Made by a program: the position numbers and the translations under genes
Shown: one piece after another, positions 10,021 to 19,615 of the stretch
Layout: the number at the start of each line of letters is the position of its first letter
Numbering within the stretch: position 1 is the stretch's first letter
NCBI GenBank assembly: GCA_963667805.1
Contig: OY764016.1
Location: 1,874,725 to 1,938,724, forward strand
DNA length: 64,000 nt
Reading direction: 5' to 3'
From: Candidatus Poribacteria bacterium
GTDB taxonomy: Bacteria; Poribacteria; WGA-4E; WGA-3G
The notes under the pieces: model-generated
The model's database searches: none
What the model saw: only the letters and a program-made list of their open reading frames with translations
Told to the model about the DNA's origin: nothing

Positions 10021-10641
10021 TTACCACTCGACTCGCTCCAATTCTTTTTTTAGTGCTTTTCGGGCTTCATGTAATCGGGATTTAACGCGTCCCAGTGTGC
10101 ATCCCAGAATTTCAGATATTTCCTCATAAGGCAGATCACGCAGTTCTCTTAACACCAAAATCTCTCTATGACTGGTTTTGAGCTTTGCGAGGGCTGCGTG
10201 AACGATTTCTTTCTCTTCGGTGCGTAGTGTTTCCTCTTCAGGTGTCACCGTATCAAGAGGGACCCACGGCTGTGAATCATCAATCTCTGTCGGATCGGTT
10301 TTTCGGCGTTGATATTGATCGATGTGGTTGAGACACTTATTTTTTACAATGCGGTAGAGCCATGTGGAAAATCGGGAGCGGAATTGGAATTTCCCGATAT
10401 TTTCCCATGCAGAGAGGAAGGCATCTTGCGCGACATCTTCAGCGTCTTGGTGATGACCGAGCATCCCGTAGGCGATATTGTAAACCCAGTGTTGATATTG
10501 AATCACAAGGGTTCCCATTGCATCGGCATCACCTTTTTGACAGCGCAAAACAATCTCACGTTCCTGTGCGAGATCCAATTCTTCTGTCTTGCTTATCTCC
10601 GAATAGGTTTCCATAGTAGTTGTCAGGGTCGCAACGGACAT
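10021..10641 (-). CDS. ECF-type RNA polymerase sigma-70 family factor
   Basis: Sigma-70 region 2 (DVAQDAFLSAWENIGKF) and region 4 HTH (LPYEEISEILGCTLGRVKSRLHEAR). Start placed at the ATG with a GGAG RBS; the ORF track extends to 10686. Confidence 0.85.
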   Translation of the reverse strand: MSVATLTTTMETYSEISKTEELDLAQEREIVLRCQKGDADAMGTLVIQYQHWVYNIAYGMLGHHQDAEDVAQDAFLSAWENIGKFQFRSRFSTWLYRIVKNKCLNHIDQYQRRKTDPTEIDDSQPWVPLDTVTPEEETLRTEEKEIVHAALAKLKTSHREILVLRELRDLPYEEISEILGCTLGRVKSRLHEARKALKKELERVEW

Positions 10642-10812
10642 ACTTCTTCTCCAAACTGCCGGGATAAAGAACACGCCTCTATTCAATGCTTCAAGAGTGC
10701 TGATTTTCAGATCTCAGATTCCGCTTAAATCAAGCAAAATTTTGAATAGAAACAAAATGAATGGCTTTCTTGCTTCATTAGACATCTAACAAAACAAAAA
10801 GTTCGTTTTACT

Positions 10813-13356
10813 TTATTTAACCATGTTTTCTTTACCCGGTGTGGTTTGGACCTGTTTGAGTGCGCCACTTCCATTCGGCCATCTGCCGAGGGCAACATCC
10901 TTCTCCTGTTTATCAAACGTTACTGCATCAAGGACTTGATTGCCACGCGTATCGGTATCAACGAGCATTACAGTTTCGCCATTACGGGACAACTTGAAGT
11001 TGGCGTGCAACCCCCCATCGGCTTTACCGTCTTCATCCAACCACACAAGGAGATAGCCTTGCGCTGGAATCGTCGTATTCTCAGGAAATGCCCATTTTTT
11101 AAGATTGTCTATCTTATCTGTGAGATACATCCCAGAGAGATTCACTACATCGCTGGTGAGGTTGTGCAACTCAAGCCAGTCTTCGTATTGTCCTTGCGGA
11201 TCGGCAAGCGTTTTGGTGTTGGATGCCATCAGTTCGTTAATGACGATTGGTGTCTCCTTTGCAACGGGGACTCCAACGCGATACTGCGCCGCGCCTTGTT
11301 CAGCCCTCGCGGGTGAAAAGGCAGTTGTCCCGTGTGTTTCGACGGCGTTCGCCTCTACGTAATAGAAAACTGTGGTGTCTGCGCGGAAACCCGGGATGTG
11401 TCCGACATAACTATCCCCTTCTTTTGCCATCACCACTTGATTAAAAACGACATACCGATCCGTACTATAATACAACAAAACCGAATCAACGGCAATTGAT
11501 TTGTCAAGTGTCGCTTTAACTGAGACAGCCTGATTCGCTATGGGAGGCGTGCCAGATCCGATTTCAACTGAAACAATCTCCGGGACCGGCTGGTTGAGTT
11601 CAGGATGATTTATCAGATGCTCACGGCGTTGGTTCACAAACCGCTCAAGGTCGGCAGGAACACCGGTTGCAAATTCCTCATATCCATACAGTTTCTTATC
11701 GTCTTTCTGCACCTCTGTATCAATGAGGGCTTGATATTCCTTGATAATCGGTTCAAATACGTCCCAATCGAGCCATTCGTCCCTAACGGTTCGGACGTGT
11801 GCGAGATACCGTGCACGCCACTGCGGATTTGAGAGCAACCGCTTAATCAGCGGACGTCCAGCATTGTCTTCATGTGCGACGGGAGATACCATTCCATTTT
11901 CCAAGTCTCCCCAGGACCAGCCACCGGGTCCTCCACCCCCAGGACCGCCTCGACCTGATCGACCGAATCTGAGACTTTCATTGTTATCGTGCGGCACGAG
12001 GTGGAATCTACCGTTGACATCCTGATAAAGGGTATAATCGCCGCCTTTGTGGATGTAGCCATCGTCATCCATGAAGACGTTTGAAACGGCGAGTTGCCAC
12101 AGGACCTGGTCAATGTTAAGAACAGCTGGAAGCTTCTCCGCAAGTTCCGCGTCAGGTGTGGCATCGTCAAGCATTTTAGTGAGCGCAATAAGACCTTCCC
12201 ATGGATTTTCTACATTGCTGGTTTTGAGTTGATACGTTTCTTGGTAGGATGCTGGATCGTCTCCGGCATAAGTCAACGCACCGCCTCTACCGGGACCTAT
12301 TTTCCAGCGGATCCCTCCCCTTGTGCCAAACCATTCAGCAAGAAAGTCCTTGTTGTATTGTTGGAGATTGATATAGACACCCCAATTTTCACCGTTGATA
12401 ACCAATTTCACGAGGTTCGTTTTCATCGCGGGGATATAGTCACGAGAGATTTGATTGTAGAGGACTTCACGCAGAAAAGAGGCATCAACGTGTCCGTTGA
12501 GTAGGTTCAGCGTTTTGTAGCCATAGAGGCGCTGTCCATCTTCAGCGTAGTCAACAGCGATGTTGAAAGATTTTTTCTCCGATTGGACAGTAAAGTAGGA
12601 GGAAGTGCCTCGAAAATGGACACCGACTTCCGGGTAAACCTTGCCATCAACAATCAGTTCTGCTGGAACTTCAATATCCGTGCGATAAAACGAGGACATC
12701 TGTTCGTACCAGTCTTCATGATGGAATCGGAGATAAAGGGTGCGAAGTGTTTGTGCGTTGTAGAGTGAAGGGGAGCCTTCTGGTGTCATATCAAGGCTGG
12801 TCTGGATATCGTTCTGAACCCCCGCCTTCAAACTTTCCTGGCTCATGAGAGACAAAGTTCCACCATCGCGCGCGTCCAGTGCGGCTTGCCGCTCGGTACC
12901 GGTGAGTTTCCCGTTCTTATCTTCGTCGAATTGATCTCGCAGTTTTTCTGGGGGTTGGGGTCCGCGACGTCCTCCTCGTCCCCCGCCAAAGCCAAAACCG
13001 GGCATCCCACCCGGGGGACCTCCGAATCCCATGTCAGGACCTTGGTCATCCTCCATCCGCTTAATTTCTTCTGGTGTTAGTGTATTGCCTGTAAGGGCTT
13101 CGATGCTGGTAACCCGGAGCATGAGATCGCCCTCTTCATTGCTCAGTTCGCCATCTCCATTGAGGTCAAACCGCTTCTGATCGTCTGAGAGTTTTGGGGT
13201 ATCCTGATTGTCTTGAGCGTTGGCGTGTATTGCCCACCCCATGATTATGAGCGCAATGAGTGTTATTGATTTAAGGTGTTTCACGATATTCTCCTTTTTG
13301 GTTTTAGATTTGGACAAGATAGAAAAGTTCGCGGTTTCTCCGCCTGCTCTGTTCAT
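10813..13356 (-). CDS. CotH kinase-family protein with EF-hand/dockerin-like N-terminal motif and C-terminal lamin-tail domain (LTD)
   Basis: 847-aa ORF. DLNGDGELSNEEGD calcium-binding-like loop. Central CotH region. C-terminal LTD (INELMASNTKTL...WLELHN...NLSGMYLTDK...FKLSRNGETVMLV). ATG at 13356 overlaps the upstream stop (ATGA). An alternative GTG at 13284 with an AAGGAG RBS would start directly at signal peptide MKHLKSITLIALIIMGWAIHA. Confidence 0.75.
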   Translation of the reverse strand: MNRAGGETANFSILSKSKTKKENIVKHLKSITLIALIIMGWAIHANAQDNQDTPKLSDDQKRFDLNGDGELSNEEGDLMLRVTSIEALTGNTLTPEEIKRMEDDQGPDMGFGGPPGGMPGFGFGGGRGGRRGPQPPEKLRDQFDEDKNGKLTGTERQAALDARDGGTLSLMSQESLKAGVQNDIQTSLDMTPEGSPSLYNAQTLRTLYLRFHHEDWYEQMSSFYRTDIEVPAELIVDGKVYPEVGVHFRGTSSYFTVQSEKKSFNIAVDYAEDGQRLYGYKTLNLLNGHVDASFLREVLYNQISRDYIPAMKTNLVKLVINGENWGVYINLQQYNKDFLAEWFGTRGGIRWKIGPGRGGALTYAGDDPASYQETYQLKTSNVENPWEGLIALTKMLDDATPDAELAEKLPAVLNIDQVLWQLAVSNVFMDDDGYIHKGGDYTLYQDVNGRFHLVPHDNNESLRFGRSGRGGPGGGGPGGWSWGDLENGMVSPVAHEDNAGRPLIKRLLSNPQWRARYLAHVRTVRDEWLDWDVFEPIIKEYQALIDTEVQKDDKKLYGYEEFATGVPADLERFVNQRREHLINHPELNQPVPEIVSVEIGSGTPPIANQAVSVKATLDKSIAVDSVLLYYSTDRYVVFNQVVMAKEGDSYVGHIPGFRADTTVFYYVEANAVETHGTTAFSPARAEQGAAQYRVGVPVAKETPIVINELMASNTKTLADPQGQYEDWLELHNLTSDVVNLSGMYLTDKIDNLKKWAFPENTTIPAQGYLLVWLDEDGKADGGLHANFKLSRNGETVMLVDTDTRGNQVLDAVTFDKQEKDVALGRWPNGSGALKQVQTTPGKENMVK

Positions 13357-14012
13357 TCCTTATCCATTTTTACGTCTGTGACGTTTTCAATCCCTGAGAG
13401 TTCGTTAAAGAAAGCGATCCATTCCTGTGGATTCGTCAATCTCACCCGAAATGTCAATTCAATCAACTGTGTTTTTTTTACGCGTTGTTCGAGGAGCCGT
13501 TCATAAATCAGATGCTTATCGAAAATCGGACGATAGATAGTTTCGGGATCCTGATTTGTTGGGAGACAGAATTCGAGACTGAACTCGTTATCGTTACCAA
13601 AGCGTTGATGCCAATGGTACATACAGAGGATAATAATACCGATAAGGAAGGTCGCCAGAATCGCGACAGATGGGTTTCCAGCGCCGACCGCCATCCCGAC
13701 AGCTAAGGCGTAAAAAACGAAACCGATGTCGCGTGGATCTTGGATGGCGGTCCGGAACCGAATGATAGACAAGGCTCCGACAAGGCTAAACGCCCGCGCG
13801 ATGCTATCACCAATCACCACCATCACCACAGAAATCAACATACATAGGATGATGAGTGTATCGGTAAACGATTTTTGTGGGACCTTGGCATGGGTCCAGA
13901 AATAGATGTTAACAATGAAAACGCCGAGCGCGAATGAGAGTAAGACTCTGAGGGCATCAGCACCGAGGTTTACAAGTGGTGGGAGCGTTAAAAAATCAAA
14001 GAATATATGCAT
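13353..14012 (-). CDS. DUF4956-like polytopic membrane protein
   Basis: 219 aa with 4-5 predicted TM helices. SLVGALSIIRFRTAI motif. Translationally coupled to the CotH gene. Confidence 0.55.
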   Translation of the reverse strand: MHIFFDFLTLPPLVNLGADALRVLLSFALGVFIVNIYFWTHAKVPQKSFTDTLIILCMLISVVMVVIGDSIARAFSLVGALSIIRFRTAIQDPRDIGFVFYALAVGMAVGAGNPSVAILATFLIGIIILCMYHWHQRFGNDNEFSLEFCLPTNQDPETIYRPIFDKHLIYERLLEQRVKKTQLIELTFRVRLTNPQEWIAFFNELSGIENVTDVKMDKE

Positions 14013-14047
14013 TCCGGTTTGCCAATTAGAAAATTGTATTATAGTTA

Positions 14048-14170
14048 GGACTTACGCAGGGTTGCTCTTTTGTAGCATAAACTGTTCGTTTGGGTTTCCA
14101 GAAAGTTAACAGCGTTTTTTAGAGAATTGCTATCTAACAGAACGCGCTACACTCAAAATTGCGTAAGTCC
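14048..14170 (-). repeat. MITE-like hairpin element, copy B (inverted orientation relative to copy A)
   Basis: Same TIRs and conserved internal segments (TTTTGAG(C/T)GTAGCG, GGAAACCCAAAC, ACAGTTTATGCTACAAAAGAG). Confidence 0.75.
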
Positions 14171-14293
14171 TGATAGTCTACCATAATTAGACAGGTATGT
14201 GGAGAAAATGTTGAAAAATTGTCTCAAAAAGTGAATTAAAGCAGTTTACTGTGGTTCCACCCATTTGGACGTTCGGAAATTTTTGGACACCCC

Positions 14294-14725
14294 CTATTCG
14301 GTTGATGTGCCTGATTCTGCCCCGTAAAGGACTATCCGATCAACCATTCCTATTGATGATGATAACACGATGCGGATAGCATCTGTAGAGAGCGGCGCCC
14401 GAACGATATAGGGTGATGTCCGGATCGGGGTTTTGACTGCCTTGACAACTCGCCAATTGTCTTCACCCATCCGAGCGTAGACAGTCATATTCTTCAGTGG
14501 GTCAATCGGATCAAAGTGAATCTCAATGCGACTGATAGACCGTCTTTCGGGAAGTATCCACTTCTGAATTGCCCCTGTGCCGCTCTCGGACATTTCAAAG
14601 GTCTCCGTCATGCCCCCATCAACGCGCACTGTGTTCTGTGCTGCCATCGAAAGGCAACCGAGCATCACGAACGGAAGTAAGGCAAATGCGAAAGTGTGAT
14701 AGATTGGGTTTTTGAGGTGTGTCAT
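14294..14725 (-). CDS. hypothetical secreted protein
   Basis: 143 aa with signal peptide and no recognised domain. Confidence 0.4.
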   Translation of the reverse strand: MTHLKNPIYHTFAFALLPFVMLGCLSMAAQNTVRVDGGMTETFEMSESGTGAIQKWILPERRSISRIEIHFDPIDPLKNMTVYARMGEDNWRVVKAVKTPIRTSPYIVRAPLSTDAIRIVLSSSIGMVDRIVLYGAESGTSTE

Positions 14726-14761
14726 AATTTGTTTCTCCTATTGTTTTCGTAATGTTTGTGC

Positions 14762-16333
14762 CTATTCTCGTGCGTGTCCCTCATGACGAATCAGGACACC
14801 AACGAATATTCCTGAAAGCGCGAGAATCGCAAGCGCGTAAGGTGCGGCTTCGGCGAACATCGCCTCTGATGTGTAACTCCAGACGTTGAGCGCGAGTGTT
14901 TCATATCCAGCGGGTGATAAAAGAAAGGTAAGTGGTAATTCTTTCATTGTCGCCAGAAAAACGAGTGCCGTGGCAGTCAGCATGCCACGCATGAGAATTG
15001 GGAGAAGTGCCTTGAAAAACGCTTGTATCCGTGAATAGCCAAGCGAGCGAGCGGCTTCTTCTAAATTGGGTGAGGCTTGATAAAGTGAACTCCGCACGGG
15101 TCCGATGGCTTCCGCGAGGAAATGTAGGGTACAGGCGTAGATCAATACAGGTAACGTTTTATAGATAAAGGTCATCGTGTTTAAGACGAAAAAGATGAGG
15201 GACAGCGCAAAGGCGAGTGGCGGTATGGCGTAAACGATATAGGCAACACGCCCTAACATGTTTGACAGACGCGATGGATGTCGCACACTTACATAGGCGA
15301 ATGGAACCGCCAAAAACGCACACAGAATTCCGGCAGGTATTGCGATCGACAATGAACCGATCAGCGCATCCACAAGTCCTTCCAGCACAGTAGGATCAAA
15401 CCCTCTAAACATCCAGAGGAAGACGGCACCCGCGGGAACAACTACAGTCGCGAATGAAAGGATACCGAGATACAGGTAAGCGGAGACTTGCCACCTGCCG
15501 AGTGGGATCTGCGGGAGTTGCCGTGAAACCCCACTCCCTGCTCGATGGAGAATCACCCGATTTAGCAACTTTGCCTCAAGATAGAGCAGACCTCCCGTAA
15601 ATACAAGGAGCATGAGCGCAAGCCATGCTGCATAGATGTGCTCAAAAGAGAGCGTATACTCTATGTAAAGGGCATAACTGAAGGTCTCATAACGCATCAA
15701 TGACACGACCCCGAAGTCCCCGAGGACATGTAGGCTAATGAGTAAACCACTGGCATAAAGGGCAGGCCGTAACTGCGGAAGGATAATATGAAAAAAAGTT
15801 TCGCGGTATCGGTAGCCGAGACTCCGAGCGGATTCCTCAAGACTTGGATCGAGACCTAACAGGGCGGTCCGCAGATTCAAAAAGAGATAAGGACTCGTGT
15901 ACGCGCTGAGTGCGAGGAGGGCGCCCCAGTAACCGCCGAGACGCGGGATGCTTTTGCCGAAAAATTGGGCGATGATACCCGTGTTCCCGCCGAGTGCCAG
16001 CAGTGCATAAGCCATCACATAACCTGGGATAGCGAGTGGTAAAGCACACAGCACCGTAAAGAGACGTTTCCCCTTTAAATTCACTCTGGTTGTTAACCAT
16101 GCGGCGGGGGTTGCCAAAAGCAAATCTAATGCGAGAACACCGGCTGTCAGCAGGAGTGTGTTAAAGAAAAGCCGCGCGTTTCGCCAGCGGAAGACAATTT
16201 GCACAAGCGCAGTGCCTTCCGCAGAAAACGCTTTGACGAGCAGGTAAACCAATGGGATCAACCCGCCGGCACCTACGACAACTGCCGGTATGAGGAGATA
16301 GGGATTTACGTTTACCGTTTTTGGCTTTGACAT
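14762..16333 (-). CDS. fbpB: iron(III) ABC transporter permease (two fused BPD_transp_1 domains)
   Basis: 523 aa with ~12 TM helices and duplicated permease EAA-like loops. Downstream of FbpA-like binding protein. Confidence 0.75.
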   Translation of the reverse strand: MSKPKTVNVNPYLLIPAVVVGAGGLIPLVYLLVKAFSAEGTALVQIVFRWRNARLFFNTLLLTAGVLALDLLLATPAAWLTTRVNLKGKRLFTVLCALPLAIPGYVMAYALLALGGNTGIIAQFFGKSIPRLGGYWGALLALSAYTSPYLFLNLRTALLGLDPSLEESARSLGYRYRETFFHIILPQLRPALYASGLLISLHVLGDFGVVSLMRYETFSYALYIEYTLSFEHIYAAWLALMLLVFTGGLLYLEAKLLNRVILHRAGSGVSRQLPQIPLGRWQVSAYLYLGILSFATVVVPAGAVFLWMFRGFDPTVLEGLVDALIGSLSIAIPAGILCAFLAVPFAYVSVRHPSRLSNMLGRVAYIVYAIPPLAFALSLIFFVLNTMTFIYKTLPVLIYACTLHFLAEAIGPVRSSLYQASPNLEEAARSLGYSRIQAFFKALLPILMRGMLTATALVFLATMKELPLTFLLSPAGYETLALNVWSYTSEAMFAEAAPYALAILALSGIFVGVLIRHEGHARE

Positions 16334-16372
16334 TCAATTCCAGTTACCTCAACTGCCGACGGGTTGGTGTGT

Positions 16373-17383
16373 CTATAGAATCTCAACATCTCTCAACAGT
16401 TTAACCGTGCCGTCAAGATCGTCCATATCATTGAGATTGAAGGTCGGTGCCAATTGAAGCAGTTCAGAAAGGGGCAGTAGGCTTGCGTGCGGTGTTACGC
16501 CCTTGATGGCGGGATATTCAAAAACATCGCTGGTGAAGTACTGCTGTGCTTTAGAAGATAGCAGAAATTCCACAAATTTCAGTGCGGCCTCTTTATTCTT
16601 GCTGCTTTTCAGCAATCCGATACCAGCAATATTGACAAGGTTGCCTGGGTCACTCGATTTAAAGAAGGTTTGTTCTACAGGAAAACCGGAGTCTTTGCTT
16701 TTGAAGCGAAGGAGATAGTAGTGATTCGGCAAGCCGACATCTATTTCTCCAGCAGCGAGTGCCTCTATGATGGGTGTGTTCTTCGCATATTTTTTCACAC
16801 CATTTGCTTTCATGCCTTTGAGCCATTCCGCTGTTTTTTCTTCACCCACCTGCACACGCAGGGAAGTGACAAACGCCTGAAAAGACGCATTTGTTGGTGC
16901 CCAACCGACTCTACCTTTCCACATCGGTTTTGTTAAATCGAAGATGCTGTCGGGAAGTTCTTCCATCTTAACGCGTTCTGGGGAGTATGCGAGTACACGG
17001 GCTCTACCGCTTGTTGCCACCCAGAACCCTTCGGCATCACGGAAACCTGAAGGCACTTGTGTAAGGATGGATTCGGGCAATTTTTCAAACATCGCTTTTT
17101 TGCTAACGGCACCAAGGGCACCAGCGTCCTGCGCCCAAAAGAGGGCGGCAGGGCTTTTGTCGCCTTCTGTGAGAAGCGCGGCGGCGAGCTGGGTCGTCCC
17201 CCCGTAACTCACTTCCACTTGGATACCACTTTTCTCTTCAAATTGCTTAATAATCGGCTCAACAAGGCCCTTACTTCGTCCGGAATAGATAGTCAGCGTT
17301 TCAGCGTGAACCATCCCGATGAGGGTGAATAAGAGCAAAATCAGTGAACAGGAACTGAATAAACTGGATCGGTTGTTAAACAT
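16373..17383 (-). CDS. fbpA: ferric-iron ABC transporter periplasmic binding protein (FbpA/AfuA family)
   Basis: Signal peptide. LTIYSGRSKGLVEP...LTEGDKSPAALFWAQD, TSGRARVLAYS, PNHYYLL, LLKSSKNKEAALKFVEFLLS. These match the FbpA family as recalled from memory. Confidence 0.8.
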   Translation of the reverse strand: MFNNRSSLFSSCSLILLLFTLIGMVHAETLTIYSGRSKGLVEPIIKQFEEKSGIQVEVSYGGTTQLAAALLTEGDKSPAALFWAQDAGALGAVSKKAMFEKLPESILTQVPSGFRDAEGFWVATSGRARVLAYSPERVKMEELPDSIFDLTKPMWKGRVGWAPTNASFQAFVTSLRVQVGEEKTAEWLKGMKANGVKKYAKNTPIIEALAAGEIDVGLPNHYYLLRFKSKDSGFPVEQTFFKSSDPGNLVNIAGIGLLKSSKNKEAALKFVEFLLSSKAQQYFTSDVFEYPAIKGVTPHASLLPLSELLQLAPTFNLNDMDDLDGTVKLLRDVEIL

Positions 17384-17483
17384 GATGTCTCCTTATACAA
17401 TTCATAGACTGTTATCCGAATCAAATCTGGTATAAATTTAGTCAGATTTAATTGCGAAAGGTTCAAAGTTTTTAAATAGACGC

Positions 17484-18644
17484 TTAATGCGTGTTTTCTT
17501 GAGGTTTTGGGACCACCCGCCAACGCGTGTTCATCCCCGCCGTAATGTGATCAGCGACATGGCAATGATAGAGCCAGTTGCCGGGAGTTTTCGCTGTCAT
17601 ATCCACCGTAACCATAGAACCGGGAAGTAGATCTACCACGTCCGTGCGTTTTCCAGCATTTAGCACCGTCTGGCCGTGCCAGTGCGCGGTGTGCATATCC
17701 ACTTCAGTGCCTAACCCAATAAGATACCACCGGACCCTATCGAACTGTTCAACTTCCAACCCGTGTAGATTGCCGAAGATATAGCCATTAATAGCGTGTT
17801 TGAGATTCCCCTCCTCGGCTTCCTCGGGAGAGTCATATTCCGCACTTTGTCCACTTTTGACGATAGGGCGATCATTTTCATTGAAGATCAGAAACAGCGT
17901 CGTGAACGCTTTGTCGATATCTTTGGGATGTGGATCGTTCACAGAGCGTTCCATCCCTTTTTTCGTAACGACGATGGTTCCAATCAAACCGTCGTAGACT
18001 TCGGTAACCGCATCAACATGCGAGTGGTAAAGCCAAACGATAGACGATGGATCGTTCGGACCGGGAGCGGCATCACTATCGGCTTCCCAGTGATAGGTGA
18101 ACTTTCCGCCTGGTGGGACAGCGGCACCCGACCCTTTCATATCCGCCCCTTCGTTCGCCTCGTCGTATTGTAATCCGTGCACGTGAATGCTCAGAGGTTT
18201 ATCGGCGCGATTGAGAAAATGCACCCGGACGCTATCCCCTTCAACAGCGTGCAGTTGTGGTCCAAGAATACCCATCCACAAAGGTTGTTCAACCTGTGTC
18301 GTGTAGGTATCATCGGTGTATTGGATGTAGCGGTATTTTTCGTATATGAGGGCTTTCCCCCAAACATCCAACCCCATCGCGGGTTTGATGAGATTCTGCC
18401 CACTGGGGGCATAGTTCCATTCGACCTTCTCAGCGGCGACCCAATACTCGCGTGTTGCGGCTTCAGCGGAACTGGCACAGAAGTAAAGTAGGACACTTAT
18501 AAGGGGCAGAAACATATAAGACACGATTTGTAGGTTTCCCGGGCTGAGTCGGGAACGGAATCGGTGGGTATTCCATATTGAGCCCAATTTTATGATATTG
18601 AGACTCATTTTCAAAAACAAACCTTTTTTTAAAGCAGACTCCAT
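17484..18644 (-). CDS. multicopper oxidase (cupredoxin-domain) family protein
   Basis: HSHVD, HTAHWHGQ and C-terminal HCHVADHITAGM copper-ligand motifs. An alternative start at 18515 gives the signal peptide MFLPLISVLLYFCASSAEA. Confidence 0.75.
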   Translation of the reverse strand: MESALKKGLFLKMSLNIIKLGSIWNTHRFRSRLSPGNLQIVSYMFLPLISVLLYFCASSAEAATREYWVAAEKVEWNYAPSGQNLIKPAMGLDVWGKALIYEKYRYIQYTDDTYTTQVEQPLWMGILGPQLHAVEGDSVRVHFLNRADKPLSIHVHGLQYDEANEGADMKGSGAAVPPGGKFTYHWEADSDAAPGPNDPSSIVWLYHSHVDAVTEVYDGLIGTIVVTKKGMERSVNDPHPKDIDKAFTTLFLIFNENDRPIVKSGQSAEYDSPEEAEEGNLKHAINGYIFGNLHGLEVEQFDRVRWYLIGLGTEVDMHTAHWHGQTVLNAGKRTDVVDLLPGSMVTVDMTAKTPGNWLYHCHVADHITAGMNTRWRVVPKPQENTH

Positions 18645-18760
18645 AAAAGACTAAACCTCGCTGGGTTAAATTTGCATTGAATTATACTACAAAAAGGAGG
18701 GCGTGTCAAGCAATTTTATATTTTATTGTTCGTCTGCTCATACCAGCATCTTTGCTAATT

Positions 18761-19615
18761 TCAATCTATTTGCGGGTCAAGGGCATCTCGGAGCGCGTCC
18801 CCGAGTAAATTGAAACCCAAGACAATCAAGAAAATAGCAATGCCTGGCGCCGTAACAGCCAAAGGGGCGCGGCGGATAAACTTGCGGTTTTCATTGAGCA
18901 TCGCGCCCCATTCTGGTTCGCCAATCTCAGCACCCAGCCCGAGGAAACTCAGTCCTGCGGCATCTAAAATCGCAGCACCGATACCTAAAGTCGCTTGGAC
19001 GATCAACGGCGCGATACAGTTCGGGAGAACGGTCGTGAGAAGGATGCGCCCATCACTCGCACCGATGACCCTCGCAGCGACGACATAATCTAACTCCCGG
19101 ACTTTCAGGACAGCGGCACGCAAAATGCGGGCATATTGCGGAATATAGACGATAGAAACCGCAATAATCGCATTCGTAAGACTCTGTCCCAAAATGGTGA
19201 CAATGACCATCGCCAAAAGGATGCTCGGCATTGCAAGCATCATATCCATCACACGCATAATTAGATTGTCGAGTTTTCCACCGTAATACCCCGAGATTGC
19301 CCCGAAGAAGGTTCCAAATCCTATGGAAAATGACATGGCGATGAGTCCGACCTTCAGAGATATACGCGTTCCGTAAACAATCCTGCTGAAGATGTCACGC
19401 CCAACCCCGTCCGTGCCGAGGTAGTGTGTATCCGACCAGCCTTTGAGACGTTCAACGACGTTGGCATGCCTCGGATCGTGCGTTGCGATTAGCGGTGCGA
19501 AGATAGCGACGATAACGAAGAACAGTATAATAGATGCCCCGATGGTGGCAGAACGGTGTCTTAAGAGTTTCCGAAGGACGTATTGTTGACTGGTGATGGG
19601 TGTTGCGTTGTTCAT
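18761..19615 (-). CDS. ABC transporter permease, DppC/OppC type
   Basis: 284 aa with 6 TM helices and a BPD_transp_1 core. Overlaps the upstream permease gene by 4 nt. Confidence 0.8.
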   Translation of the reverse strand: MNNATPITSQQYVLRKLLRHRSATIGASIILFFVIVAIFAPLIATHDPRHANVVERLKGWSDTHYLGTDGVGRDIFSRIVYGTRISLKVGLIAMSFSIGFGTFFGAISGYYGGKLDNLIMRVMDMMLAMPSILLAMVIVTILGQSLTNAIIAVSIVYIPQYARILRAAVLKVRELDYVVAARVIGASDGRILLTTVLPNCIAPLIVQATLGIGAAILDAAGLSFLGLGAEIGEPEWGAMLNENRKFIRRAPLAVTAPGIAIFLIVLGFNLLGDALRDALDPQID

